Shown here piece after piece: positions 22,348-31,211 of a stretch of DNA of 32,000 nt. Position 1 is the stretch's first letter; every line of letters starts with the position of its first letter. Where the stretch lies: positions 1,380,001-1,412,000 of the forward strand of contig NC_010628.1 in NCBI RefSeq assembly GCF_000020025.1. The letters run 5' to 3'. The position numbers and the translations under genes are program-made. The notes beneath the pieces were generated by a model that was not told the origin of the DNA, did not search any database, and saw only the letters and a list, made by a program, of their open reading frames with translations. The stretch is from Nostoc punctiforme PCC 73102 (lineage in GTDB: Bacteria > Cyanobacteriota > Cyanobacteriia > Cyanobacteriales > Nostocaceae).

Positions 22348-24444
22348 TTAGCTCAAGAAATTTGGAGTACCACTACCACCATTCTTACCAACAGCAGGAA
22401 TTTCTAATAGACTATCTGTAGCTTTGCCACTACCGTCATTGATAACGGATGTAGAGCTACCTGATGGATGTCCATTGGGGACGAACAGTTGCGGGTGGTC
22501 AAAAGGCGCTTTTTCATACCGAACTCGCTCATCAGTCAGACCTTTTAAAAAGGCGACTAATTGCTGTTTTTCTTCCGGTGAGAGACCCAGTGGGGGAAGA
22601 AGCCTCAAGTTACCACCCTGATTGTAAAAATCAATCACTTGCTCTAAGGTTGCATGACCTCCATTGTGGAAGTAGGGAGCAGTGAGTTCCACATTGCGAA
22701 GTCCAGGTGCTTTGAAGGCTCCGTCTGCAAACACAAATTCAGTAGGATTCAACGGTGGATTGAAGGTGGGAGGGTTTTCGCCAAGGAGAAGCTGAAATTT
22801 CCCTAACTGAGCCAATCGTGCTTCTGAAAGCGGATTACCGAAAGCGTCCTTACTACCTAAACTAGGATCTTCTGTAGTAGGTGTGACACCGATATTAAAA
22901 AAGCCAGTGTCTTCAGGGGAGTTTGGCGGGAAGGGCGCACGTTTGATTCGTCCTTCTTTAGCGACATTGCTTGTTGAAGCAGCTGTCAATTCCGATCCAA
23001 CGTGACAAGCAATACAGAAAGCTTTGCCCTCAAACAGTTGTTTCCCTTGTTGCTGCTCAGAAGTTAGGGCATTAGTTTTTCCTTCTAAGAAGCGATCGAA
23101 GGGTGTATCATTGGCAATGAGCGTAGACTCGTACAACTGAACTGCTAGCCCAAAGAATAGCGAGAAGTTGTACTCCATTAATGTGTACTCATTAGTCTCC
23201 AATGAGCGATCGGGCTTTTTGACAAAAGTCCTTCTACCTTCAGCATCAACTTGGATGAGTTGATTAGACTTCCACCACTCCGGCTTGAAAGCATCTTGAA
23301 TTAGCTGCCCATAAGTTTTATCTTTGAGTCCGGGTTTGGGCGATCTACTATCTGCACCTAAAACGCTGTCTTGTGGATGTACTACCTGCTTACCTAGTGG
23401 TCTGAGAGGTAATAACTTTTTCGCAAGTTTTCGGGGAAGCTTTTTACCTTTACCAGCGCTGAGGGATCTTTTGTCGATTCGCCCGAACTTATCACCAATT
23501 TCTTGAAAAGTTCGACCATCAGCAGACGACTCAAAGGAACTGAGTGGCGGGCCAACCGCTTGAGATGCCAAAGATGCGTTTTTCAGACTGACTTTGACAA
23601 ATTCTAGTTTATTTGGGTTTGCTGCTTTGGCGATCGCAGCATTAGGATCTCTTAAACCGAAGGGATTCACCCCATTAAAGATGTTTTGTGCCCTTCCGTC
23701 CCAAAAGTTGCGGAAGTTGAATGCTGAATTAATCACGGTTGGAGTGTTACGCGGCTCGACGCGGCGCACATTAACGCCTCCGACGTTAAACACTGGATCT
23801 GGCTCGTTTGTTACTTGGTCTTGTGCATTACCAGGTGTGACATCAACAAACTTACTATTGAAGATCCCCTGAGAAGAACTGACATCGTTACTATGGAAGG
23901 GAAAATCCCCTGGTTTGAGTTGGTAGTTTGGTAGACCACCAACATTAAAAACCGCATCTGGATTCTCTGTACCATCAGGGTTAATCCGTAAAAGTCCAGG
24001 AGCAATCTGATTTTTGGATCTATTGTCAGCCCCAGCATGGAAGTGACAACTAGCACAGGCGGTTACGCCGTCGCTCCCAACCTGTATATCCCAAAAAAGA
24101 GTTTTTCCTAACTTTATGGCAGCTACTTTGTCTTTTACGAAGTCTCCAAGATTGTCCGGCTCCGGAACCGATATGCTTTTGAGCGAAGGTAGAGGCGATG
24201 GCGTAACCTGTGCTGAGACAGTATTTCCAGCTATTATTGCTGCCATAATAATGACAGCAATTGTTATAGTCTTTAAAAATCTTGCTCTCAGGTAGTTAAG
24301 CTTGCCATATTTAAATCTCCACTCTTGGCGCTTTATTTTTGTCACCATAGATTTGAGCAAAAATCGACTTTTTGAGGTCAGTAGTAAGTAAAGGGATAAG
24401 CCTGTAATAGAAATTACTAAGCTTAAGTTGGGTAGAAACCCCAT
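22348..24444 (-). CDS. Di-haem cytochrome c peroxidase family protein (CCP/MauG-like) with a large internal expansion
   Basis: 698 aa. Haem motifs CASCH (aa 130-134) and CIACH (aa 477-481), RNTPTVINSAFNFRNFWDGRA, FKAPGLRNVELTAPYFHNGG. A signal-peptide-like segment follows the alternative start Met33 (ATG at 24348). Confidence 0.85.
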   Translation of the reverse strand: MGFLPNLSLVISITGLSLYLLLTSKSRFLLKSMVTKIKRQEWRFKYGKLNYLRARFLKTITIAVIIMAAIIAGNTVSAQVTPSPLPSLKSISVPEPDNLGDFVKDKVAAIKLGKTLFWDIQVGSDGVTACASCHFHAGADNRSKNQIAPGLLRINPDGTENPDAVFNVGGLPNYQLKPGDFPFHSNDVSSSQGIFNSKFVDVTPGNAQDQVTNEPDPVFNVGGVNVRRVEPRNTPTVINSAFNFRNFWDGRAQNIFNGVNPFGLRDPNAAIAKAANPNKLEFVKVSLKNASLASQAVGPPLSSFESSADGRTFQEIGDKFGRIDKRSLSAGKGKKLPRKLAKKLLPLRPLGKQVVHPQDSVLGADSRSPKPGLKDKTYGQLIQDAFKPEWWKSNQLIQVDAEGRRTFVKKPDRSLETNEYTLMEYNFSLFFGLAVQLYESTLIANDTPFDRFLEGKTNALTSEQQQGKQLFEGKAFCIACHVGSELTAASTSNVAKEGRIKRAPFPPNSPEDTGFFNIGVTPTTEDPSLGSKDAFGNPLSEARLAQLGKFQLLLGENPPTFNPPLNPTEFVFADGAFKAPGLRNVELTAPYFHNGGHATLEQVIDFYNQGGNLRLLPPLGLSPEEKQQLVAFLKGLTDERVRYEKAPFDHPQLFVPNGHPSGSSTSVINDGSGKATDSLLEIPAVGKNGGSGTPNFLS

Positions 24445-24730
24445 AATGCTTAGTAATAAAATAAAACTGAAACAAATTATACGTTTACGTGAGATCCTGA
24501 AATTTAATATTCATGTAAAGTAATTACGCTATTTACAAATTTTCTATGAACAAGAAACGCTATGATTTAGCACTAAAAATAAATTGAGTAAGGTCAATAA
24601 GCTGTTCTACATTTAATTTGTTTTTACTAAGCTATTAAGATAGATTGTCAAGAAAAGATTGTAAAATTTAGACATGCAAATTAGATACGTTTTAACTTAT
24701 CATCAGCCCTACTTTGAGTAGGATACTTGA

Positions 24731-25654
24731 ATGTCACTACATCAAAGTTCTGGTCGCTGGCGCTTAGGGCTAGTATTATCGCTATTAACGGTTTTATTGT
24801 GGGGAATTTTACCTATTGCTCTGGCAGTAATTCTGCAAGTACTTGATGTCTATACCGTCGTTTGGTTTCGATTTTCGGTATCATTTTTACTACTCGCTGT
24901 GTATTTAGGAATACGCGGCAAGTTACCAAAGTTAGAACAACTGCGTTCTGCTTCTTGGAAATTATTAGCGATCGCTACACTATTCTTAGGGAGTAATTAC
25001 TTCTTTTTTACCCAAGGTTTATCACTAACATCACCTGCAAACGCTGAAGTTCTGATTCAATTATCTACTCTTTTATTAGGTTTCGGAGGGTTAGTGATTT
25101 TTAAAGAACGTTATCGGCTGTATCAATGGATTGGTGTCAGTGTAATGATTTGTGGTTATGTTCTATTTTTTCGCGAACAACTAACAAATCTAATTACAGC
25201 ACATGGCACATATCTACTAGGTAGTGTTTTGATAGCGCTAGGATCAACGTCATGGGCTATTTATGCTTTAGCACAAAAGCAGTTATTACAATCTTTATCT
25301 TCTGCCAGCATCATGCTGATTATTTATGGAGGATGTGCTTTATTATTCACTCCTCTAGCCAAAGTAAAATCACTTTTGATACTCGATCCTTTCCATTTAG
25401 GAATGTTGCTTTTTTGTGCTTTTAATACTTTAATCGCTTACGGTGCTTTTTCTGAATCATTAGAACATTGGGAAGCATCGCGAGTAAGTGCCGTAATAGC
25501 TTTAGCTCCCATTGTGACATTAATATCAGTTGCAGTTGTATCAGTTATTGCACCTAATTGGATACCATCAGAACACTTCAGCTTGGTAGCAATATTGGGA
25601 GCAGGTTTAGTAGTTACAGGTTCAGTAGCGATCGCATTAGGAAAAGGCAATTAG
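24731..25654 (+). CDS. EamA/DMT-superfamily transporter
   Basis: 307 aa, about 10 hydrophobic helices arranged as two EamA-like halves. Confidence 0.8.
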   Translation: MSLHQSSGRWRLGLVLSLLTVLLWGILPIALAVILQVLDVYTVVWFRFSVSFLLLAVYLGIRGKLPKLEQLRSASWKLLAIATLFLGSNYFFFTQGLSLTSPANAEVLIQLSTLLLGFGGLVIFKERYRLYQWIGVSVMICGYVLFFREQLTNLITAHGTYLLGSVLIALGSTSWAIYALAQKQLLQSLSSASIMLIIYGGCALLFTPLAKVKSLLILDPFHLGMLLFCAFNTLIAYGAFSESLEHWEASRVSAVIALAPIVTLISVAVVSVIAPNWIPSEHFSLVAILGAGLVVTGSVAIALGKGN

Positions 25655-25892
25655 TAGTAAGGATTTTCAGGATTTTTACTGTTTTATTTATCTATAGAAT
25701 CCGTGCAACATTCAAAGCTACAACATAAATACTGAGGCAGAGTATTTTTTATTTGTTATGATTTGATAGTGAAGGCGAACTACGGGAGTCACTCATTATA
25801 AGATGGATACTTTACCCATCTGTGTGACACTGTAGGATCTGATTTTTGACTTTCTAGCCAAGAAAAAAATTCTTGAAGAAGAATTCATAAAT

Positions 25893-25979
25893 CAGAATTC
25901 AGGAGTCAGATAAAGCTTTCTACATTCGCAAGTCATACACGATTCATACTGAATTATAACGACTGACTCCTAAATTCTG
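25893..25979. repeat. Inverted-repeat (MITE-like) element with AGGAGTC-type arms
   Basis: CAGAATTCAGGAGTCAG (25893-25909) and CTGACTCCTAAATTCTG (25963-25979) match as inverted repeats at 16 of 17 positions, separated by 53 nt. Confidence 0.5.
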
Positions 25980-26084
25980 TTTTGATAAAATTGAGGCTAA
26001 AAAATTAAAGTAAACCAAGCAGGGTGTCCGAATAACTACCAAAGCCAACACCTGACAAAACCAGACCACCGAAACAGTTGAGCG

Positions 26085-27794
26085 ATGAATAGTTTGTTTG
26101 GTAATTGGGCCAGCAGCCTCAGAAAGAATTCCCTATTGCTGGTTCTTTCAACACTGCTGCCAACGTTTGGGATTAGCAATTCTGTCTTGGCAGCAGAGCG
26201 GATTTATGCATCTTATTCAGCCTTAGAGCTTTCCATTTCAGTCAACACTTTAGAAAACTATGCCAAAACAGGTGTAATTAACGAAGATTTGGCAGCGTAT
26301 CAGCAATATCTGCCTCTACAACAGCTTCCAGAATTGCGACGGATTTTACTTAATCGTGTAAAAGTTAGTCCGGTAGTACTTTCGCAACTTCTCTACACAC
26401 CGCAAGGAGAATTTTTACTGCATCGGTTGGCGCAAGTCATTAAAACTAGTCAAGCAGAATCAAGATTTGGTACTTTGCGTTCGGCGCTAATTTTAGCCTC
26501 TGCTGAATCGGGAGGCTTGACACTTTTGAATGTTTTGCGTAAATATCCCAGCAGCAGCATTCGTCTTGATGTTGCAGAGACTTTAGAAATAGCTACGGAA
26601 TTAGAGAAACTTGTTAACCAAACCCATAGTGCGATCGCAGCAGTTTCCCAAGAGTCTAAAATAGAAGCTGCTACCACTCCACAACCAAATCTCTCGCAAT
26701 TGCCTGATTTAAAGGTTCCGGGAAAGTTTAAGTCGCAAAAGTACACCCTAAAGTTTTTCGACTCAAAGCGCAATCGGCTTTTATTAACTGATGTTTACAT
26801 TCCCAATGTCCAGAAGACTACACCCGTAATTGTGATTTCTCATGGCTTGGGTTTAGATAGCAGCAACTTTCAATATTTAGCTACGCACCTATCTTCTTAT
26901 GGATTTGCTGTTGTCGTTCCTAATCATCCTGGTAGCGATGCTAAACAATTACGTTCTCTGCTAAAGGGACACGCGAATGAAGTAGCAGAACCAGGTGAAT
27001 TTCAAGACCGACCTTTGGATGTCACATATATATTGAATCAATTGGAAAAAGGTAATCAATCTGATTCAAGGTTTAAAGGTCGCTTAAATCTGCAACAAGT
27101 CGGAGTATTTGGTCAATCTTTGGGAGGCTACACAGCCTTAGCCTTAGCAGGCGCAAAAATCAACTTTGAGCAGCTAAAACAAGACTGTCAACCAGCAGCA
27201 CTGCAAAAAACCTGGAATATGTCTTTACTGCTCCAGTGTCGCGCTTTAGAATTGAGCATCAGCAAGTCTGGCAAAGATTATAATCTGCGGGATGAGAGAG
27301 TAAAAGCTGCGATCGCAGTTAATCCCATTACTAGTTCTATTTTCGGCAAAGCTGGCTTAAGTCAAATCAAAACTCCAGTGATGATTGTCAGCAGTAGTGA
27401 TGATACAGTTGCACCAGCTTTATCGGAGCAAATTCTACCTTTCTCCTGGTTTGCGAATTCCCAAAAGTATCTCGTCATGCTTGTAGGTGGTACTCACTTT
27501 TCCACTATTGGTAATGGCAATCCTGCAAATCAACAAGTAGCATTACCTACTGATATGATTGGCGATGCTTCTCAAGCGCGTCGTTACATGAATGTTTTAA
27601 GTTTACCTTTCTTCCAAACATACATTGCAGGAAAGCCACAATACACCCCTTACCTGAATGCCGCCTACACTCAAAGCATTTCTAGTAAGTCTCTTGGTTT
27701 AAGTCTTGTCAAGTCATTGAATACAACCGAATTAGCTCAATTGCTAGATATGCGAGGAGCCAAAACCGTAAAAAAAAAGTTCCCAACACCATAG
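26085..27794 (+). CDS. Secreted alpha/beta hydrolase with N-terminal DUF1400-like domain
   Basis: 569 aa with a signal peptide. The N-terminal AAERIYASYSALELSISVNTLENYAKTG resembles cyanobacterial DUF1400. The hydrolase core has VIVISHGLG and the nucleophile elbow GQSLGG. Confidence 0.7.
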   Translation: MNSLFGNWASSLRKNSLLLVLSTLLPTFGISNSVLAAERIYASYSALELSISVNTLENYAKTGVINEDLAAYQQYLPLQQLPELRRILLNRVKVSPVVLSQLLYTPQGEFLLHRLAQVIKTSQAESRFGTLRSALILASAESGGLTLLNVLRKYPSSSIRLDVAETLEIATELEKLVNQTHSAIAAVSQESKIEAATTPQPNLSQLPDLKVPGKFKSQKYTLKFFDSKRNRLLLTDVYIPNVQKTTPVIVISHGLGLDSSNFQYLATHLSSYGFAVVVPNHPGSDAKQLRSLLKGHANEVAEPGEFQDRPLDVTYILNQLEKGNQSDSRFKGRLNLQQVGVFGQSLGGYTALALAGAKINFEQLKQDCQPAALQKTWNMSLLLQCRALELSISKSGKDYNLRDERVKAAIAVNPITSSIFGKAGLSQIKTPVMIVSSSDDTVAPALSEQILPFSWFANSQKYLVMLVGGTHFSTIGNGNPANQQVALPTDMIGDASQARRYMNVLSLPFFQTYIAGKPQYTPYLNAAYTQSISSKSLGLSLVKSLNTTELAQLLDMRGAKTVKKKFPTP

Positions 27795-27864
27795 TCAGCT
27801 TCGGATTTTGGATGTTGGATATTGGTGTTGCATTGCTGCATGTAATGATTTTTATTTGATTTAT

Positions 27865-27892
27865 ACAGACGTAATTAATTACTTACGTCTGT
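27865..27892 (+). terminator. Hairpin downstream of the hydrolase gene
   Basis: Perfect 10-bp stem ACAGACGTAA / TTACGTCTGT with an 8-nt loop. A moderately T-rich tail follows. Confidence 0.45.
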
Positions 27893-28075
27893 GCAATTTA
27901 TTTGCTGTATTTTCGGTAACACTACACGGTTTTCTAATTACTTGCGCTTACTTACAGTAAAAACCTTAACAAGCACAGATGAATGCGATCGCATTCATCC
28001 TTATCGGCATATACTTTAAAGAAATGTGACATTTAATTGCACTATTGTAAAATTCAGCTTTACATAAGTTGATTT

Positions 28076-30403
28076 ATGAGCCAGCCTGAAAACACTACTA
28101 CCCAAGCGACTGCTCTGACTAACCACGATCGCAAACCTATCCATATACCTGGCTCTATTCAACCTCATGGCATTCTCCTGGCACTCAGTACTCAGCTAGA
28201 GATCGTACAAGTTAGCAATAATACCCAAGTGTATTTGTGCAAAGCTCCAGAAGATTTGCTCGGTCGGCCTTTGAGCTATTTACTTGAGCCTCAGCCAGTG
28301 GAAATTGTCAAGCAGTGCTTAGTAAAAAAGGTTGGCAGCGCCAATGCGTTTAAAGTATTAATAAATACTTTGTATGGAGAAATATACTTTGATGCTATTG
28401 CTCATCGTACAGAAGAAGCTGTGATTCTGGAGCTAGAACCAACTGACTCGGAATTTGAGGTGAGTTTCTTAAACTTTCATAGTTTTGCGAGTGAAGCGAT
28501 CGCTAAAATGCAAAGGACATCCAATCTAGGAGAATTTTTGCATTTAGTCGCACAAGAAGTCCAAAAAATCATCAGTTTCGATCGGGTGATGGTCTATCAA
28601 TTTGACGAGTCAGAAGCGGGTTCTGTTGTTGCAGAAGTTAAACGGGAAGATTTATCACCTTATTTAGGACTCCACTATCCCGCTACAGATATTCCAGCGC
28701 AGGCTAGGGAGTTATACACGCGCTGCTTTCTCCGATTTCTCCCCGATTTGACTGCCGAACCTGTCAAACTAGTTCCAACGGAAAATCCGACAACACACCA
28801 ACATCTTGACTTAAGCTACTGTCTGCTACGGAGTTTTGATTGGTGTTGTGCTGAATATCATCAAAATATGGGAGTGAAGGCTCTTTTGGTGATTTCACTG
28901 ATTCAAGAGCAGAAACTTTGGGGATTAATATCTTGCCATCATCAAACACCAAAGTATATTTCCTACGAAGTACGCAAGATGTGCGAATTTTTGGGACAAA
29001 TCGTATCTTCAGAGTTAGCGCACAAAATTAGTTCTTCGGAATGGGACTATAAGGTAAAACTCAAATCGCTACAGTCTGAGTTCCTTGAGTCCATTTCCCA
29101 AGCAGACAACTTTATCGATGCCTTAATCAAACCGGAAATCCGTTTGCTGGATTTTGTCAGTGCCTCTGGAGCGGCGGTTTGTCTAGATAATGAAATTAAC
29201 CTTGTGGGAACCACACCAAATATTGATGAAGTGCGGGCGTTAATTGAATGGGCAGATACTCAAGTTACTGATAACCTGTTTTCTACCGATTCTCTGCCGA
29301 AGCTTTATCCAGAAGCGCTCATATTTAAAGATACTGCTAGTGGTTTGCTGCTACTGCGAATTTCTAAAGTCCGGCGTTATTATATTCTTTGGTTCCGCCC
29401 TGAAGTTATCCAAACAGTACACTGGGCAGGAAATCCACAAGAATCGATTAAAGCCGAGGGAGATGGTAGCTACACCCTGTCTCCCCGAAAATCCTTTGAA
29501 CAATGGCAAGAAACGGTTAGATTAACTTCTTTACCTTGGAAAGGGTGTGAACTTGAAAGTGCGATCGCTCTGAGTAATGCGATCGTTGGTATTGTTCTCT
29601 CAAAGGCGGATGAATTAGCGAAAATCAACTTGGAGTTAGAACGCAGTAACCAAGAATTAGCATCCTTTGCCTACGCTGCTTCTCACGATCTCAAAGAACC
29701 TTTGCGGGGAATTTATAACTTTTCGACTGTGCTGCTAGAAGACTATGCCCAAGTATTAGATGATGACGGAATTGAGTGCTTGCAAACAGTAGTGTCCTTA
29801 TCTGTACGCATGGAAACTCTGATTAATGCTTTGCTACGACTATCGCAGTTAGGACAAGCACATCTCCGAGAGCAAGCAACCGATCTCAACGAATTACTCA
29901 ACCAAGTAATTGATGTCTTTCGTGCTAGTCGCCAAGACTCTGGGCTTGTGGATATTCGCATTCCTCGCCCTTTACCAACAATTCAGTGCGATCGAGTTCT
30001 CGTTAATGAAGTCTTCAGTAACCTTCTTGGTAATGCCTTCAAATACAACGATAAAGCAGAGCAATGGGTTGAGATTGGCTACCTTTCTCAAGAAGAGGGG
30101 CAGGGAGTAGGGAGCAGGGGGCAGGGAGCAGGGGGAGCAGGGGAAGCGATTATTCACCAATCCCCAATCCCCAATGCCCCATGCCCAATCTTTTATATCC
30201 GAGATAACGGTATTGGCATTCCACAGCATCACCTAGAAACTATCTTTAGATTATTCAAGCGGCTGCATTCTCAGGAAAAGTACGGTGGAGGAGCAGGTGC
30301 GGGATTAGCTATTGTTAAGAAGATTGTTGAGCTTCATAACGGCCAAATTTGGGTTGAATCTACCCTAGGCGTTGGCTCGATTTTCTATTTCACGCTGGAA
30401 TAG
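28076..30403 (+). CDS. Knotted phytochrome sensor histidine kinase (PAS-GAF-PHY-HisKA-HATPase, Cph1/CphA type)
   Basis: 775 aa. Carries PIHIPGSIQPHG, YPATDIPAQARELY (DIP), the chromophore segment LRSFDWCCAEYHQNMGV, LWGLISCHHQTPK, the PHY tongue PRKSF, the H-box ASHDLKEPL (His537), the N-box NLLGNAFKY, G1 DNGIGI and G2 GAGAGLAI. Confidence 0.9.
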   Translation: MSQPENTTTQATALTNHDRKPIHIPGSIQPHGILLALSTQLEIVQVSNNTQVYLCKAPEDLLGRPLSYLLEPQPVEIVKQCLVKKVGSANAFKVLINTLYGEIYFDAIAHRTEEAVILELEPTDSEFEVSFLNFHSFASEAIAKMQRTSNLGEFLHLVAQEVQKIISFDRVMVYQFDESEAGSVVAEVKREDLSPYLGLHYPATDIPAQARELYTRCFLRFLPDLTAEPVKLVPTENPTTHQHLDLSYCLLRSFDWCCAEYHQNMGVKALLVISLIQEQKLWGLISCHHQTPKYISYEVRKMCEFLGQIVSSELAHKISSSEWDYKVKLKSLQSEFLESISQADNFIDALIKPEIRLLDFVSASGAAVCLDNEINLVGTTPNIDEVRALIEWADTQVTDNLFSTDSLPKLYPEALIFKDTASGLLLLRISKVRRYYILWFRPEVIQTVHWAGNPQESIKAEGDGSYTLSPRKSFEQWQETVRLTSLPWKGCELESAIALSNAIVGIVLSKADELAKINLELERSNQELASFAYAASHDLKEPLRGIYNFSTVLLEDYAQVLDDDGIECLQTVVSLSVRMETLINALLRLSQLGQAHLREQATDLNELLNQVIDVFRASRQDSGLVDIRIPRPLPTIQCDRVLVNEVFSNLLGNAFKYNDKAEQWVEIGYLSQEEGQGVGSRGQGAGGAGEAIIHQSPIPNAPCPIFYIRDNGIGIPQHHLETIFRLFKRLHSQEKYGGGAGAGLAIVKKIVELHNGQIWVESTLGVGSIFYFTLE
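30094..30190. repeat. G-rich + CCCCAAT composite repeat inserted in-frame inside the phytochrome ATPase domain
   Basis: gaggggcagggagtagggagcagggggcagggagcagggggagcaggggaagcgattattcaccaatccccaatccccaatgccccatgcccaatc. It translates as EGQGVGSRGQGAGGAGEAIIHQSPIPNAPCP, between the N-box and G1-box. Confidence 0.7.
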
Positions 30404-30455
30404 TTTAAGATAATAACCAAATATGTATTTTTGTTAAGCTCTTTTAAGACCACGA

Positions 30456-30929
30456 ATGACAAAAAAACTTCATGAACCTCTGCTTGTTGTTGAGGACAGC
30501 AATGAAGATTTTCGGATGCTACAACGTCTGATGCGGCTCATGTCCGTCCAGAACCCCATACATCGTTGTACTAATGGGGATGAGGTTTTAGAGTTCCTGT
30601 ATCAACAGGGGAGTGATGCCCATAGCAAAGGCGAAAACTTACCCAACTCTAAAGTAGCATTACGACCCTCTGTGATCTTGCTCGATCTGAATTTGCCCGG
30701 TATTGATGGCCGTGACATTTTAGATCGGCTCAAGCAAGACAAGAGTTTCAAGGAAATCCCCATCGTTGTTTTTACCACATCATCTAACCCCAAGGATATT
30801 GAGTTGTGCTACCAAAAGGGCGCAAATGGATATCTGGTAAAGCCGATGGACGCTCAGGAACTAAAAAAGACGATCCAGGCATTTGTGGACTACTGGCTTG
30901 ATGCCAATATGCCGCCAGTCTTGGATTAA
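30456..30929 (+). CDS. Single-domain CheY-like response regulator (Rcp1/RcpA-like phytochrome partner)
   Basis: 157 aa. Acidic pocket VVEDSNED, phospho-acceptor context ILLDLNLPGIDG, VVFTTS, GANGYLVKP. It lies 52 nt downstream of the phytochrome kinase. Confidence 0.85.
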   Translation: MTKKLHEPLLVVEDSNEDFRMLQRLMRLMSVQNPIHRCTNGDEVLEFLYQQGSDAHSKGENLPNSKVALRPSVILLDLNLPGIDGRDILDRLKQDKSFKEIPIVVFTTSSNPKDIELCYQKGANGYLVKPMDAQELKKTIQAFVDYWLDANMPPVLD

Positions 30930-31211
30930 TTTGTTTCTTGCCTGTTGATGAGGCAGTAAGGAAAAAAGGATAATAAAAGAGACGGCTCAGAGGACATTAA
31001 GAAATTTTTCTCTTTGAGTTACTGTATCTATTTGTCTCTGATAGATTCTTTTTCCCCATTTTTGTGTTTTTAGACTATTTCATATTTCTTTAGGATTACT
31101 AAAGAATTTAGATTTTATTTATACTTATTTTATATTATTTTTAGAATTATGCAATAAAACACAATCTGGATAAAAGGGATCTACATAGCTCCCCAATCTT
31201 CATACTTGTAT

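Noticed and set aside
22424-24056. ORFs 22424-22621, 22464-22685, 23324-23506, 23594-23872 (plus strand) and 23811-24056 (minus strand, alternate frame).
   Set aside because: They are antisense or out-of-frame overlaps of the di-haem peroxidase CDS, with no motifs.
24349-24444. Extra 32 N-terminal residues of the peroxidase ORF (MGFLPNLSLVISITGLSLYLLLTSKSRFLLKS).
   Set aside because: Not fully rejected. Met33 (ATG at 24348) followed by a basic n-region and the hydrophobic stretch TITIAVIIMAAIIAGNTVSA-Q looks like the real signal peptide, so the upstream extension may not be translated.
28764-30232. ORFs 28764-28952(-), 29244-29525(+), 29743-29961(-), 29910-30110(+) and 29972-30232(-).
   Set aside because: All are nested in or antisense to the phytochrome kinase CDS, whose domain motifs are continuous in its own frame.
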